The notes beneath the pieces are model-generated. The model was given only the letters and a program-made list of their open reading frames with translations. It did not search any database and had not been told where the DNA came from. A program made the position numbers and the translations under genes. Below are positions 48,043 to 59,106 of a stretch of 64,000 bases of DNA, piece after piece. The stretch lies in the NCBI GenBank assembly GCA_010356995.1, contig ML996696.1, forward strand, positions 498,364 to 562,363, in the 5' to 3' direction. This DNA is from Trichodelitschia bisporula (taxonomy: Eukaryota). Each line of letters starts with the position of its first letter. Position 1 is the stretch's first letter.

Positions 48043-48720
48043 TCAAAACCAGATCCACGAGTCCGAATCAAACTTGTTGAGCCCCGGTAAGATGTAGTGG
48101 ACGATGCGGCAGAACTCCTCCAGCTGACCTGCGCGTGGGTTGCGCCCGTCCGGAAGCATGGTGATCTTTATTCGCCGCACAAGGCTCTGGGCCTCTGGAC
48201 TCAGTCGCCGAATGAAGTCAAGAATGGGAAGAAAGTTGGAGCCGATGAAGTGGAAGGCATTCTCCCCATACAAAATGGACAGTGCTTCATAGTAGATGAG
48301 GCGATTCGTGCGCAAGATGGAAAGGGACGGGGATATTCGCTCATGGTGTCTGTGCTTGGAATGACAACTCCACTTCTTGTCTGTGTAGATTAAGTCGTAA
48401 TCGGTATAGACCTTGAACTGTCTCGTGGCACTAGGAAGGAGATATCTCAAAATGATGATACGGAGTTCAGCTGGGAGCTTTAGTAGCCTGGAGGCGGTGC
48501 TTATCGTGCCAGAAGTGGAACCAAGCTTTTCGGATATTGGGCTGTCCATGACCTGGAGCTCGGGTTGCCTTAAGGGTTGCCCTCCGCCAGAGAGCTTCTC
48601 GCGTTGAGACGATCCCGTCCAATGCCTAAAGCTCAGGCCGGGAGGCTTCGGTTGCTGAGGTTTGGGGTTGTTCTCCTCCAGGCCTTGAAGCTTTCGGTAG
48701 GCACGGACCAGTGTGGGCAT
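48043..48720 (-). CDS. Hypothetical protein, F-box-like / DUF7730-like
   Basis: LLKLPAELRIIILRYLL and ILRTNRLIYYEALSILYGENAFHF patterns; 225 aa ORF. Confidence 0.75.
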   Translation of the reverse strand: MPTLVRAYRKLQGLEENNPKPQQPKPPGLSFRHWTGSSQREKLSGGGQPLRQPELQVMDSPISEKLGSTSGTISTASRLLKLPAELRIIILRYLLPSATRQFKVYTDYDLIYTDKKWSCHSKHRHHERISPSLSILRTNRLIYYEALSILYGENAFHFIGSNFLPILDFIRRLSPEAQSLVRRIKITMLPDGRNPRAGQLEEFCRIVHYILPGLNKFDSDSWIWF

Positions 48721-49322
48721 GATAGTGCAAGGCGGCAGAGAGAGGGTTGAATGAGCGGCGGGGGAGGCACAAGCGACAGGGTTTTGGATATCATGAAATG
48801 AGCAGCATCTGTGAACATGGAGCTCGATGTTGATATGCTCCGGATACTGTATGTCGATGCCCAGGAGGAATAGGCTTTTTCAAATGAGTTTTGTGAGTGA
48901 CAAGCTGTACGGGTACAGCAGTATGGGCCACAAGGGGATTGCCTTTGGGAGGAGTGAGTGGTTGGTTATAAGGGTAGTTCTGTACAAGTCTGCACGTGTC
49001 CGACTTGCTGATGGCCGATGGCGTAGACATTTCAATCAGGTGATGGATGATGTTTTGTTCATTGGAGGGAAGCCGTCGGGTCAACTGCCGGGCCGTTGAA
49101 CGCGTTTCCTTCGCGTGAGCTAGTCCTGAAATTATTGCATAGCGCTTTTGCTTTGGCTTGCTCCGACTGAACTACTTGTGATATGCGGGGAGCTTGTGCT
49201 TGATACTCTGAACCTCCTCGATTTCTACTCTGCCCGTTTGATCCTGCCCTTACTCTACCACTCTAACCTTACATCCACACCGCATCATCTCCCACCGTCC
49301 TACCCTACCCCTACCGCCGAAA

Positions 49323-51192
49323 ATGTCGTTTGGTGGACAGACCCCCACCATCGTGGTCCTGAGGGAAGGTCCGTGACCCCGCGGGGTTGATATCACTTCT
49401 TCATCGTACCGAACCTGACTCCGCAATAGGCACCGATCAGTCCCAAGGCCGCGGTCAAGTTTTGTCCAACATAAATGCTTGCCTTGCAGTCCAGTCAACC
49501 GTTAAGGGTACGCTCGGACCCTACGGGGGAGATCTGCTGCTCGTAGACGAAAATGGCCGGCAGACTATCACTAATGACGGCGCTACCGTGATGAAGGTAT
49601 GCGACCTGCTGCAGCCCCGTCTGCGTGCTTACCCAAATAGCTTCTCGACATCGTTCACCCCGCCGCCCGCATCCTGACTGATATTGCCCGCTCACAAGAC
49701 GCTGAAGTCGGAGACGGCACGACGTCGGTAGTAGTTATAGCTGGCGAGATACTTAGGGAGATCAAGGAGCATGTGGAACAAGGAGTCAGCAGCCAAGTTA
49801 TCATCAAGGGCCTGCGGCGGGCTTCAACCATGGCCGTCAACAAGATAAGAGAGATTGCAGTCAACACCGCGGAGGCAAACCAGCGCGACACACTTCTCAA
49901 GCTCGCAGCCACAGCCATGAGCAGCAAGCTGATACATCGCAACGCAGATTTCTTCACTAAGATGGTAGTCGATGCGGTCCTGACGCTTGACCAAGAGGAC
50001 ATAAATGAGGGTCTCATCGGGGTTAAGAAGATCACCGGCGGCGCTCTCCAGGACTCCCTATTCGTCAACGGTGTTGCCTTCAAGAAGACTTTCTCCTATG
50101 CGGGTTTTGAGCAGCAACCCAAGTCTTTCACAAATCCGAAAATCGTCTGCTTGAACGTGGAACTTGAGCTCAAGAGCGAGAAGGACAATGCCGAGGTGCG
50201 CGTGGAGCAGGTATCGGAATACCAGGCTATTGTGGACGCCGAGTGGAAGATTATCTACGACAAGATGGAAGCGTGCTTCAAGACTGGCGCATCCGTTGTC
50301 CTCAGCAAGCTCCCGATCGGAGACTTGGCCACACAGTGAGTTATTCTTTACACCAGTCAGTTATATACTCATGCAGGCAGATACTTCGCCGATCGCAACG
50401 TCTTCTGCGCTGGTCGTCTTGCTTCTGACGACATGGAGCGCGTGTGCCTCGCCACGGGAGCTAAAGTCCAGTCTACTTGTTCCGATATCCGCGAGGAACA
50501 CCTGGGTACTTGCGCTGTATTCGAGGAGCGTCAAATTGGCGGCGAGCGGTTCAATTTCTTCGAAGGGTGTCCGGCAGCGCAGACCTGCACTCTAGTGCTT
50601 CGTGGCGGAGCTGAACAGTTTATCGCCGAAGTTGAGCGCAGTCTGCACGACGCAATCATGATCGTTAAGCGAGCGATTAAGAATCGCAGTATTGTAGCAG
50701 GCGGTGGTGCTTGCGAGATGGAGATCTCAGCATACCTCCATGGCTACGCTGACGAGAAGGTGCCGCACAAGCAGCAGACTATCATTAAGTCTTTTGCCAA
50801 GGCCCTTGAGGTCATTCCGCGCCAGCTGTGCGACAATGCTGGCTTTGACTCCACGGATATCCTCAACCGGCTGCGCGTCGAGCATAGAAAGGGGAACAGG
50901 TGGGCTGGCGTTGACTTTGTCGGCCAGGGTGTCGCGAACAACATGGAGAAGTTCGTATGGGAGCCGGCGCTTGTCAAGATCAATGCCCTCCAGGCGGCGA
51001 CTGAAGCAGCATGCTTGATTCTGAGTGTAGATGAAACGATAAGTAAGTCTTCAGTCCAGAGTTTTGTGGTATTACTGACGCCGTGCAGAAAATCAGGAGT
51101 CGCAGCAGCCGCAAGGCCCCCAGCGGGGCTTGCCGCCTGGTGCTGCGCAGCGTGCTTTGCGTGGTCGCGGACGCGGTATGCCGCGTAGGTAG
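49323..51192 (+). CDS. CCT7: T-complex protein 1 subunit eta (CCT chaperonin)
   Basis: [57 protein letters not shown], ends GRGRGMPRR*. Four introns. Confidence 0.96.
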
Positions 51193-51488
51193 ACACCGAG
51201 GGGTGGCGGGGTCTGATGAGGTTTGACGAAAGAAAATACAGCTAGATATGGAAGTACGAGTAATGTACAAACATGGCAGAGTATGTATGTCATATGTCAG
51301 TCGGACTTCACCATATTTCTCGCAGTGTCCCAGACTGCCAGATACTGGATTAAATAATATCGGCCCTCTCCCTGCTAGGAGGGGCAAGCATCTGAGACGA
51401 AGCGAACCCGCGACAGCACCTTTATTGCTTCCTATGCTGTATGCCAACAGAAAAGAAGTATCTATCATCCAAAAACTGAGGCTCCAAA

Positions 51489-53478
51489 CTACTTGGGCGC
51501 AGTCTTCTTGCTATTGTACTGATCCCTCAAAAATGCCTCCACGCTCCGGTCTCCTGCAGTTGCAGCCGGTCCTTCCTCCGGTGTATTCTCAGACTTATCC
51601 GTCTTCTCGGCATTCTCCTCTCCGTGGCTCCCAGCAACACCCACCTTCTCAGCGACCACCTCCACAGCAGCAGCCACCGCCTCCGCCTGTTCAATCACCC
51701 CCTTCGCTTCTTCCTCACCCCTTGACTTCGGCGCTAAATCCACTGCCTTTCCCCCCTGCCCTACGGTAGACGTCTCTACAGTAGCCGCCTTATCGCCATG
51801 CCCATAGTTCACATCGTGTGGTGTGGCCTTCGTCACTCCGCTCGTTTCCGCATAGGTATCCTCCTGCGCCTCCAGTCTCGAGTTGGAAGTCCCGGTGCGC
51901 GGGGTCGCATCTGAAGGGCTCAGTCCGCTTTCGGCGGACGATGCGACGACCGTACGGTCGGGTAGCGCACCGGGAACGGGCGTAGATACCCCAGACGAAA
52001 GGTCCGCGCCGTACAGCGGATCCCCATCCTCGCTCGGCTGCGTGGCCGTTCCCGTGGTAGTCTGCACGCGCTCAACGGACCAGTCGATAGGCGTGTTGAC
52101 AGGACGGAGTACGCCGTGTATGCCTTGCAGATCGGAGTGCACGGTAGCGATGGGGCGTTTTCGGGGCTTGCCGGCCTCGGAACCCACGGCTGTGGCTTCC
52201 ATGTGGCCGTCCTTAATCTCATGCCACTTGATGGGCCCGGTGGGAATGGTGCGGGCGCCGTTTTGGACGTCGAGGCTGGTGTCAGTTGGAGGGCTGGGCA
52301 ACCAGGTAAGGGCGTCTTGGATGGCAGGCTCGAGGATGGGGAGCATTCCGAATTCGTAGTCCAGAGTGCCGCCGTATTTGCGTGGAATGTTGGCTGGGTC
52401 GATGTACTTCTCCAGGGTGGGCTTCATGTCGGCCGCGGACAGGATGAAGATCTTGGAGACGGTGATAGGGTCGAACCAGCGCTTGATCCAGCTCCAGACA
52501 GTGGGGAAGAAGGACGGCGCGCCGATAATCTTGCAAATTTTAGCGGATAATACGACGGGCAAGTTGGGCAACATACGAAGATCCGATCGAGGGTTTCGGG
52601 ATAATAGGCAGTAGCGAGCTGGCTCGCATCCTGCATGTGAGCTTTCAGGTTCCAGAACTGCCGAAGGCCTACTCTGGAGATGTCGACGATGTTGCTGGAT
52701 TGTGACACTGGCGTCTCCAGGTGAGGCCGGTCCTTGATGGCCGAACACAGAGGCAGGACAAAGCGTGTCAGATTCTCGTACAGCGTGAAGAGATGAAGCA
52801 TCTTGATGGGCACTTTTGAGGAGGCATTTTGCGAAGCAGTGGCACTTTTGGCAAGCGAGGCTTCATAAGCCGCAATGTTCTTGGAGTCCAAATGGGCCAC
52901 TTCAAACACATAGACCTAATTGGAGGTTAGAAGGGAAGTTTCGTAAACAGAAAGGCTTACGGGTATACCGCGCCTGTCCCGACGTCCCGTCCATTGCGGG
53001 TACTAACACGCGTTAACTGGCTGAGCATGAAAAGAGGAATATGAAGGCATACCCGGCGTCGAGTTTCCTCGTAGTCGTGGATATCGATGGTCTCATAGAG
53101 TTCCTCAAGGCGTACCTCCTTCCTCCACTCCTCGGTTTCCTTAAACTGTTTAAACGCCTCACTAGGGGTAAATCTCCGGGCACGGAGGTAGCGCCTGGAA
53201 TATTAGTTCTGGCAAGATAAAAGGGAAAAGACCTGACAGCCCCGCTCGGTGGGCCGAGCCTGGGGGTTAAACGGGCGAACGTACAACATGGTCTCATCGT
53301 CATGACTGGCCCAGACATGGCCGGGTGACCCAGCCGGGTGGTAATAGCCTTCTTCCTCACATATCTTCTTGAATGCGTCCAGCGCTGCCTGCTGGCCTTC
53401 AGTGAGATGGCCCAAATGGGCTGAGGGGTATTGGAAAGAATCGGTGCGGGAGAGGCCAGGCGTGCCAGGTTCCGCCAT
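51489..53478 (-). CDS. SEC14-like CRAL-TRIO lipid-binding protein
   Basis: GHLTEGQQAALDAFK, HDDETMLRYLRARRF, GRRDRRGIP, LATAYYPETLDRIF, WFDPITVSKIFIL, NIPRKYGG. Several introns. Confidence 0.9.
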
Positions 53479-54491
53479 TTTGTACTGGAATGACGTCGGA
53501 GGCTGCACAACAGTGAAGTGAGTTTAAAGATGGGGATATGTACGGAGGTAAAAAGGGTTGAACAACACAAAAACTGGGTCAATTTATCACAGGGACAGCA
53601 TCTATGATTTCTACGATGGCAAAGATGGCGGCTAATGAAGGTTCCGCCGACCCCGAAGGCCCTGGCGCTGAGTATCCGCTATCCGGGGCGCCGAGTATGT
53701 AAGCGGTGTTTATTAGTTCCTTCAACTTCTTGCTTGACCGGACGCCCCACGGCACAGGCCTGACGGCATTGACGAAATGATGCATGGATTTGGTTCCGAC
53801 CCGCTGATGAGGCTATTTTGGAGAGTTCGGCGATACTGGGTCGTGATGAGGCTAGTCAGACGATTAGTTCTAGTGATTACAAAGGAGACTTGCGGTCAGC
53901 GTGGTGTTGCATTTTGGTCGCTTCGCTGTTCTTATTCCGACTCGGGTGACCGACGATGAGGTAAGAATCTCGGACCGACGCACTCTGGGCCTCAGCCATT
54001 TACCCTCTTGTTGCCTGATGCCAAGTTCCTAAATCGTTCTCCACATGTTGGGAAACAATACGGTTTGAAATGCTCTTCCTCCGAAGTACGGATGTAATGA
54101 ACGCCTTCCATCAGTTCAACCCCCCTCTTTCTTTAAGCCGTCACCGCCTCCCCTCCGCCGTGTCGCCAGTTCCTACTCCAACACTGTTCCGACATGGGAA
54201 CCAAGGGGATGGACCTGTCTGGCGAATGCATCAATAATAATGCCTTTGGATGTCACGACTCCCGAAATCAACAGTCGCTGCCTTACTGCCTTATATTCGT
54301 TGGCATTCCCCACATGTCGTCACGCTCGTCACTTTAACCTACTACTACAGTACCCATCATTCGCCGCTGTATTCCATATCAAAAGCCCAACAGCTTAGCA
54401 AATCCAAACCACAACCTGGGAAGTTCTTTTAGTATTGCATCGCCGCCGGCAATCTACCCGACCTCGGCCCCGCTGGACAAGTGCAGAAGCC

Positions 54492-56411
54492 ATGCCTTCT
54501 AATCAGCGACGCCTGGACCAGTTGCCGACGGAAATCGCCTGCAACATCTTCACTTCACTCGACGCAAAATCTCTGCACTCGGTTTCCTTGACGAACCATC
54601 GGCTGCAGGAACTCGCCAATACGCCATATCTCTGGCGCAATCTCTGTCGCTCATGTTACCGGTCTTGGAACCCAGAGCTTAACAAAGACCTCCCTCAGCT
54701 TCCAGTCTCGTCGACAGATTATTACAAAAAGAGATACGGAGATCGCTACTCCATTGACCTCGAGGTTCGACAGTGTCTTGATCATCTTGTGCGCCAACAA
54801 TGGGGCAGGATAGGGGCCATCGAAGAGATCTCCACGTACGGCTTTGATGCGAAGGACGAGCTCTTGCGCCTGTACCATGGGACCCCATTGGACGATGACC
54901 ATTTTCTGGCAAAGACATACTGGAGCCGAGTCATTCTAGAACGTATGCACCGCGAGAAGGCAGTCCAGACATGGCAGTCTATTCCCGCGACCGACTTCGA
55001 GCACATTGTAGACGCCTTGGGGTCTTATGACTTATTTCTTTTTGACGGCGACGGTTACGAGGAGTTGGAGCATATTCAAGCTCGCCTTGCTGACCTGGAA
55101 AAGGCTTTTGTGGAAGAAAACCCATCTTACACCTCCTGGTCGGTCCGTGGGATTGCCCTGGCCCTTTCGAAGTTTCTGTCTTCACGGGAGCTAATGGGCA
55201 TGGGAGATCCCGACGCTTCATACCACCTCCTTCGCAATAGCTTTATTGGTCTTGCACTCAAAAGCCCTGCCCACCGATCCCTTCCACTCATCTGTTCCTC
55301 CATCTACGTCATTCTGGCTCGTAAGCTTGGGCTCACGGCCTGGCCTTGTGCGTTTCCCACACACATCTACGTACGCGTCGATGCCCAGCCATTCGATCTG
55401 GATACGGCTCCTGGAACCTTGGACGGATCCACAATCTCTGATCTGATCAACCATACACTCGCCTTGGAAAACATCAACAGTAAGCAAACCATGTTCCTAG
55501 ACGTGTTTCGTCATGACCAGGAGGTTCCAATCCGACAGCTGCACACACAACTGGCGGCATTTGGGGTGGTAGGCTCAGAAGATGCACGGGATCGCTATTT
55601 CCGCCCGATGAGTACATGGGACTTGGCTATTCGTACGCGCCGTAACATCGAACGTTCTATTGCCGTTTCCCGCACCATACCCGCGACGGATTCATTGCCG
55701 TATACACCTGGAGCCAGGAGACCTCCGTCGTGGAGCCCGTTGATGCCCGAAAACGACGATGCCAACTATGCTGCTGTGTGGGCGAACGTCGCAATCGGCC
55801 TCACCACCAGGCAGGAAGGTGTGCGCATACAAGATCTACACAGCATTCTTAGTCTGTTATGTGAAACCATCGAATGGCAGTACCCTTGGGATATTGACAT
55901 CCTTGAAAAATATGCCGCCCCTCACATATTCAAGGACTTCATTTTGAAGAAGACGGCGGCAATGCGCCGTAATGACGCACGTCGGCCGATGAGCAAGCTG
56001 AGGGTTCTCCCTAACGGTGATGTTCTTCCTGTCTCTTTCAACATCGGTCAGATCATGCGCCATAGGCGATATGGCTACCAAGGGGTCATCATTGGTTGGG
56101 ATGCCTGTGATATTCCGTCTCCATCTGGCGTCCAGGTCATGGCGGAGGACCAGTATCATAGCGCTCGCGGCGTGGCGTTTTATGAAGTTGTGTGAGTAGT
56201 GCTACCTACTGTAGCCGTTGCTGAACTTAACATCTGAAGGGCTGATGACAAAACCATACGTTACATCGCGCAGGAGAACATCGTTCCCGTCCAACCCGAT
56301 GAGCCGCCGAGCTGGAATCTGATGAATGTTGCGGGGAGGTGGTTCAAGCGATACGATCCTTTCAGCAACAGCTTTGTAAGCAACCTGGAACAGGAGTATC
56401 CAGACCGATAG
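54492..56411 (+). CDS. FBXO21-like F-box protein (F-box + transglutaminase-like + YccV/HspQ-like domain)
   Basis: LDQLPTEIACNIF F-box, SLPLICSSIYVILARKLGL..FPTH, FNIGQIMRHRRYGYQGVIIGWD, RYIAQENI, AGRWFKRYD. One intron near 56192-56238. Confidence 0.88.
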
Positions 56412-57050
56412 TGACGGGGCGCCGGTGATACTAGGAGAGACGCTCTGGAAGATAGATACCCCCGAATGAGCAAAGAGATAATGCAAGCCAGACAAGACTA
56501 AGGTTCACAACTTCCACTGGTTGGTTTGCCTGTACCATGGAAACCTGCCTGATACATATGACGTTCTCTTCAAGTACACCACACCAGGACTGTCCCGAGT
56601 CTAGTTGGTAATGGCCTCTGATTGTGATGGACTTACGTTTTGAATCAGAGAATGCACAGTTCGACTGTGGAAGGGCGGATTCGATCACCTTTTACCCGCT
56701 TTTGCTATGGCGTGCGGCTTTGCCATTATCGGCTGTGCTGGGACTCCATGTTGATGGGGCGAGGCTTCTGAGCGAGATATTGTTTATATTTCAACCCGGG
56801 AACTTCTGGGAGCAATGCCGACACTGAAGTCAACCGGCATATTGATCGATATTCGGGGACTTGCTGGTGAAGCCGAGAAGTCGGATCGGGGATTCCGACG
56901 TTTGGTCAGAACCCTCCCGACGCAAACACGGGCCGAAACGTAAAAATCCTTAATGTCAGACAACCTTGAAAGTCAAAGCCGCGCAATTGAAAAGCAATAA
57001 ATACCCGCTGGGTATGAGCAGGTATTCAAAATTTCTCAGCATCCAAGTAA

Positions 57051-57140
57051 CTGTCCTTAGTCTAGTTGGTTATGGCGTCCGGCTGTAATGGTTCCACCTT
57101 GTAAACCGGAAAGTCCCCAGTTCGATTCTGGGAGGACAGA
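57051..57140 (+). tRNA. tRNA-Tyr (GTA) with 16-nt intron
   Basis: Acceptor ctgtcct/aggacag with C1-G72 and A73, anticodon stem tccgg/ccgga with ctGTAa, intron 57089-57104, T-arm cccag-ttcgatt-ctggg, downstream T-run. Confidence 0.95.
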
Positions 57141-57437
57141 GGATCTCTTTTAGTCTCTTTTTGCATATGGGACGATGAGACTTTGAGGCCGAATTGGGAT
57201 ATGCTGGAGTCAAAACCGGCATTTTATTTTGCTATTATACAGATAGATAGCACCAGCATAGGGGGTAGCGTGTAACCTAACTCTATTCCAATGCATCATG
57301 TAAAATCACAGACTATTGCAGAGCAACAAGATAGCTTGTTTTAATGACTCAATGATCAAGTTGCAGTGCGGTAGTTACTTCCATTTGGTCTGAAGTTTTG
57401 AAACGAGGCCGTAAAGGGTCCAACATGATCATATCTT

Positions 57438-57455
57438 ATCTTATCTAGATAAGAT
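57438..57455. promoter_or_regulatory. Perfect 18-bp palindrome with clustered GATAAG sites
   Basis: atcttatctagataagat, about 80 nt upstream of the VPS71 ATG. Confidence 0.5.
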
Positions 57456-57537
57456 TGGACATGCATAATGAATGATGTCGAACCCTCTCAGCACCAACCC
57501 TTTCTGTAGTGTTCCAACCACCACCCACCGCCCAACA

Positions 57538-58230
57538 ATGCCTCAAATCGAACTCCTTCCTACAACAACCAACCCTTCCGTGCCAGGGTGGGCCTACGTC
57601 CTCGACCGCGGCCTGGATCCCTCCCGCACCGCCCTCGCTCCAACAACGGGCCGCAGACCACGCACCCTCCTCCCCGCTGCTGCGGCGTCAGAGCAACTCT
57701 CCACCCGTCAGCAAGCGGCCTTAACGCGACGCCTTCACGATCTCGACCGCGACGGCACGGGCCGCGAAGTTGAGGTCCCGGCGAAATGGAAGGCGCGCAC
57801 CGGCGGCGTCGTCCGCCGCATCCTGCTCTCGGAGAAGGGCTGGTCGCACCATCTTGCGGATGAGGAGGCGAGGATTGCTGCGCTCGCTGGCGGTGCACCG
57901 CCGCCGGTCGAGAGTGGGAAGAGGAGAGTACGGAGTGGGATATCATCAGGCGTGGGGACACCTGGAGGGCCTGTGGGATCTGGTACTGGAGCTGGGACGG
58001 GGGAGCTGGAGGAAGGACTCACCGCGCAGGAGGTTGAGCGCTTGCTGGCTGTGCCGGCGCTGTCATTTTCTGCTGCACGTGCGGGCCCGCCGGGGGAGCG
58101 CGCGGCGAGGACGTTTTGTGAGATATGTGGGTATTGGGGTCGGGCAAGGTGTTTGAAGTGTGGGGCGCGGGTGTGTGGGCTTGAGTGCAAGGAACAGCAT
58201 GATGTGGAGTGTAGGAGGAAATTTGCTTGA
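57538..58230 (+). CDS. VPS71: SWR1 complex subunit Vps71/Swc6 (HIT zinc finger)
   Basis: PGWAYV, VRRILLSEKGWSHHLADE, FCEICGYWGRARCLKCGARVCGLECKEQH. Confidence 0.88.
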   Translation: MPQIELLPTTTNPSVPGWAYVLDRGLDPSRTALAPTTGRRPRTLLPAAAASEQLSTRQQAALTRRLHDLDRDGTGREVEVPAKWKARTGGVVRRILLSEKGWSHHLADEEARIAALAGGAPPPVESGKRRVRSGISSGVGTPGGPVGSGTGAGTGELEEGLTAQEVERLLAVPALSFSAARAGPPGERAARTFCEICGYWGRARCLKCGARVCGLECKEQHDVECRRKFA

Positions 58231-58736
58231 TGGGCGGTTGGACGGGTTTGGCGTTTGACATGTGTGCCCGGTGTTGGCGTGGTATGGGTTACGGTGATAC
58301 CTTCGAAAAGGCGTTGGGCTGTGATGTATGAATTGGCGCTGGATACACGGCATGAACGGTGTTCGAAGCATGATATGGGCAATAGGGTTTCCGCTGGTGA
58401 GTGGCACACCGTCTCTCTGCAAGGTGCTCCTTCCCGGAGCGGTGGTGATAGATCTACGGACCTGAAACTCATACGAATGGACAGTGATGTGGATGGTAAG
58501 ATGAATTTCGGAGGACGCGATGTTTAAATATGTCGCCTTGAGAAAGGAGAGCTACTGTACAAGTAGCCGACGGCTTGATGTCGACTTCCAACTCACAGCC
58601 TGTAGACCTTGACAGGAGGTGGTTTGGTTTTGGACGCCTTACATGAAACACTGCCCATGGTTCGATTCGCTCCCAGCGTGGCCTCGCCATCTCTACCAAG
58701 AACAGGCACAAAAAAATATGAGCCAAAAAGAGATCC

Positions 58737-58826
58737 TCTGTCCTCCCAGAATCGAACTGGGGACTTTCCGGTTTACAAAGTGGAACCATTACAGCCGGAC
58801 GCCATAACCAACTAGACTAAGGACAG
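58737..58826 (-). tRNA. tRNA-Tyr (GTA) with 16-nt intron, inverted second copy
   Basis: Reverse complement is identical to 57051-57140 except one C/T change in the intron. Confidence 0.95.
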
Positions 58827-59106
58827 TCATTGGGATGCGAAAGATACTTGAAACTCTGATTATTAGCTCGTTCAGTGGTCTGATCTGAGCCAGTGGAATA
58901 AATTCCATTTCAACCATTCAATGGAAATCATTCTAGCCACAGATAGCAACACAATGTACCAAGCAGCCTGACGCAGTCCGCTGAATCAACAATTCAGTTG
59001 ATCTATCCTCACACCCCGCCTATGTACGCCGGAGACCCAAGCCTCGGGAAGGTATCAAAAGGACTCCAGCAGAGAAACGCCCGTGTAAATGCCGCCACAA
59101 CCCAAC

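Noticed and set aside
33231..58230. Co-location of H1, ARP4 and VPS71 as a chromatin gene cluster
   Set aside because: Separated by many unrelated genes; compatible with chance synteny.
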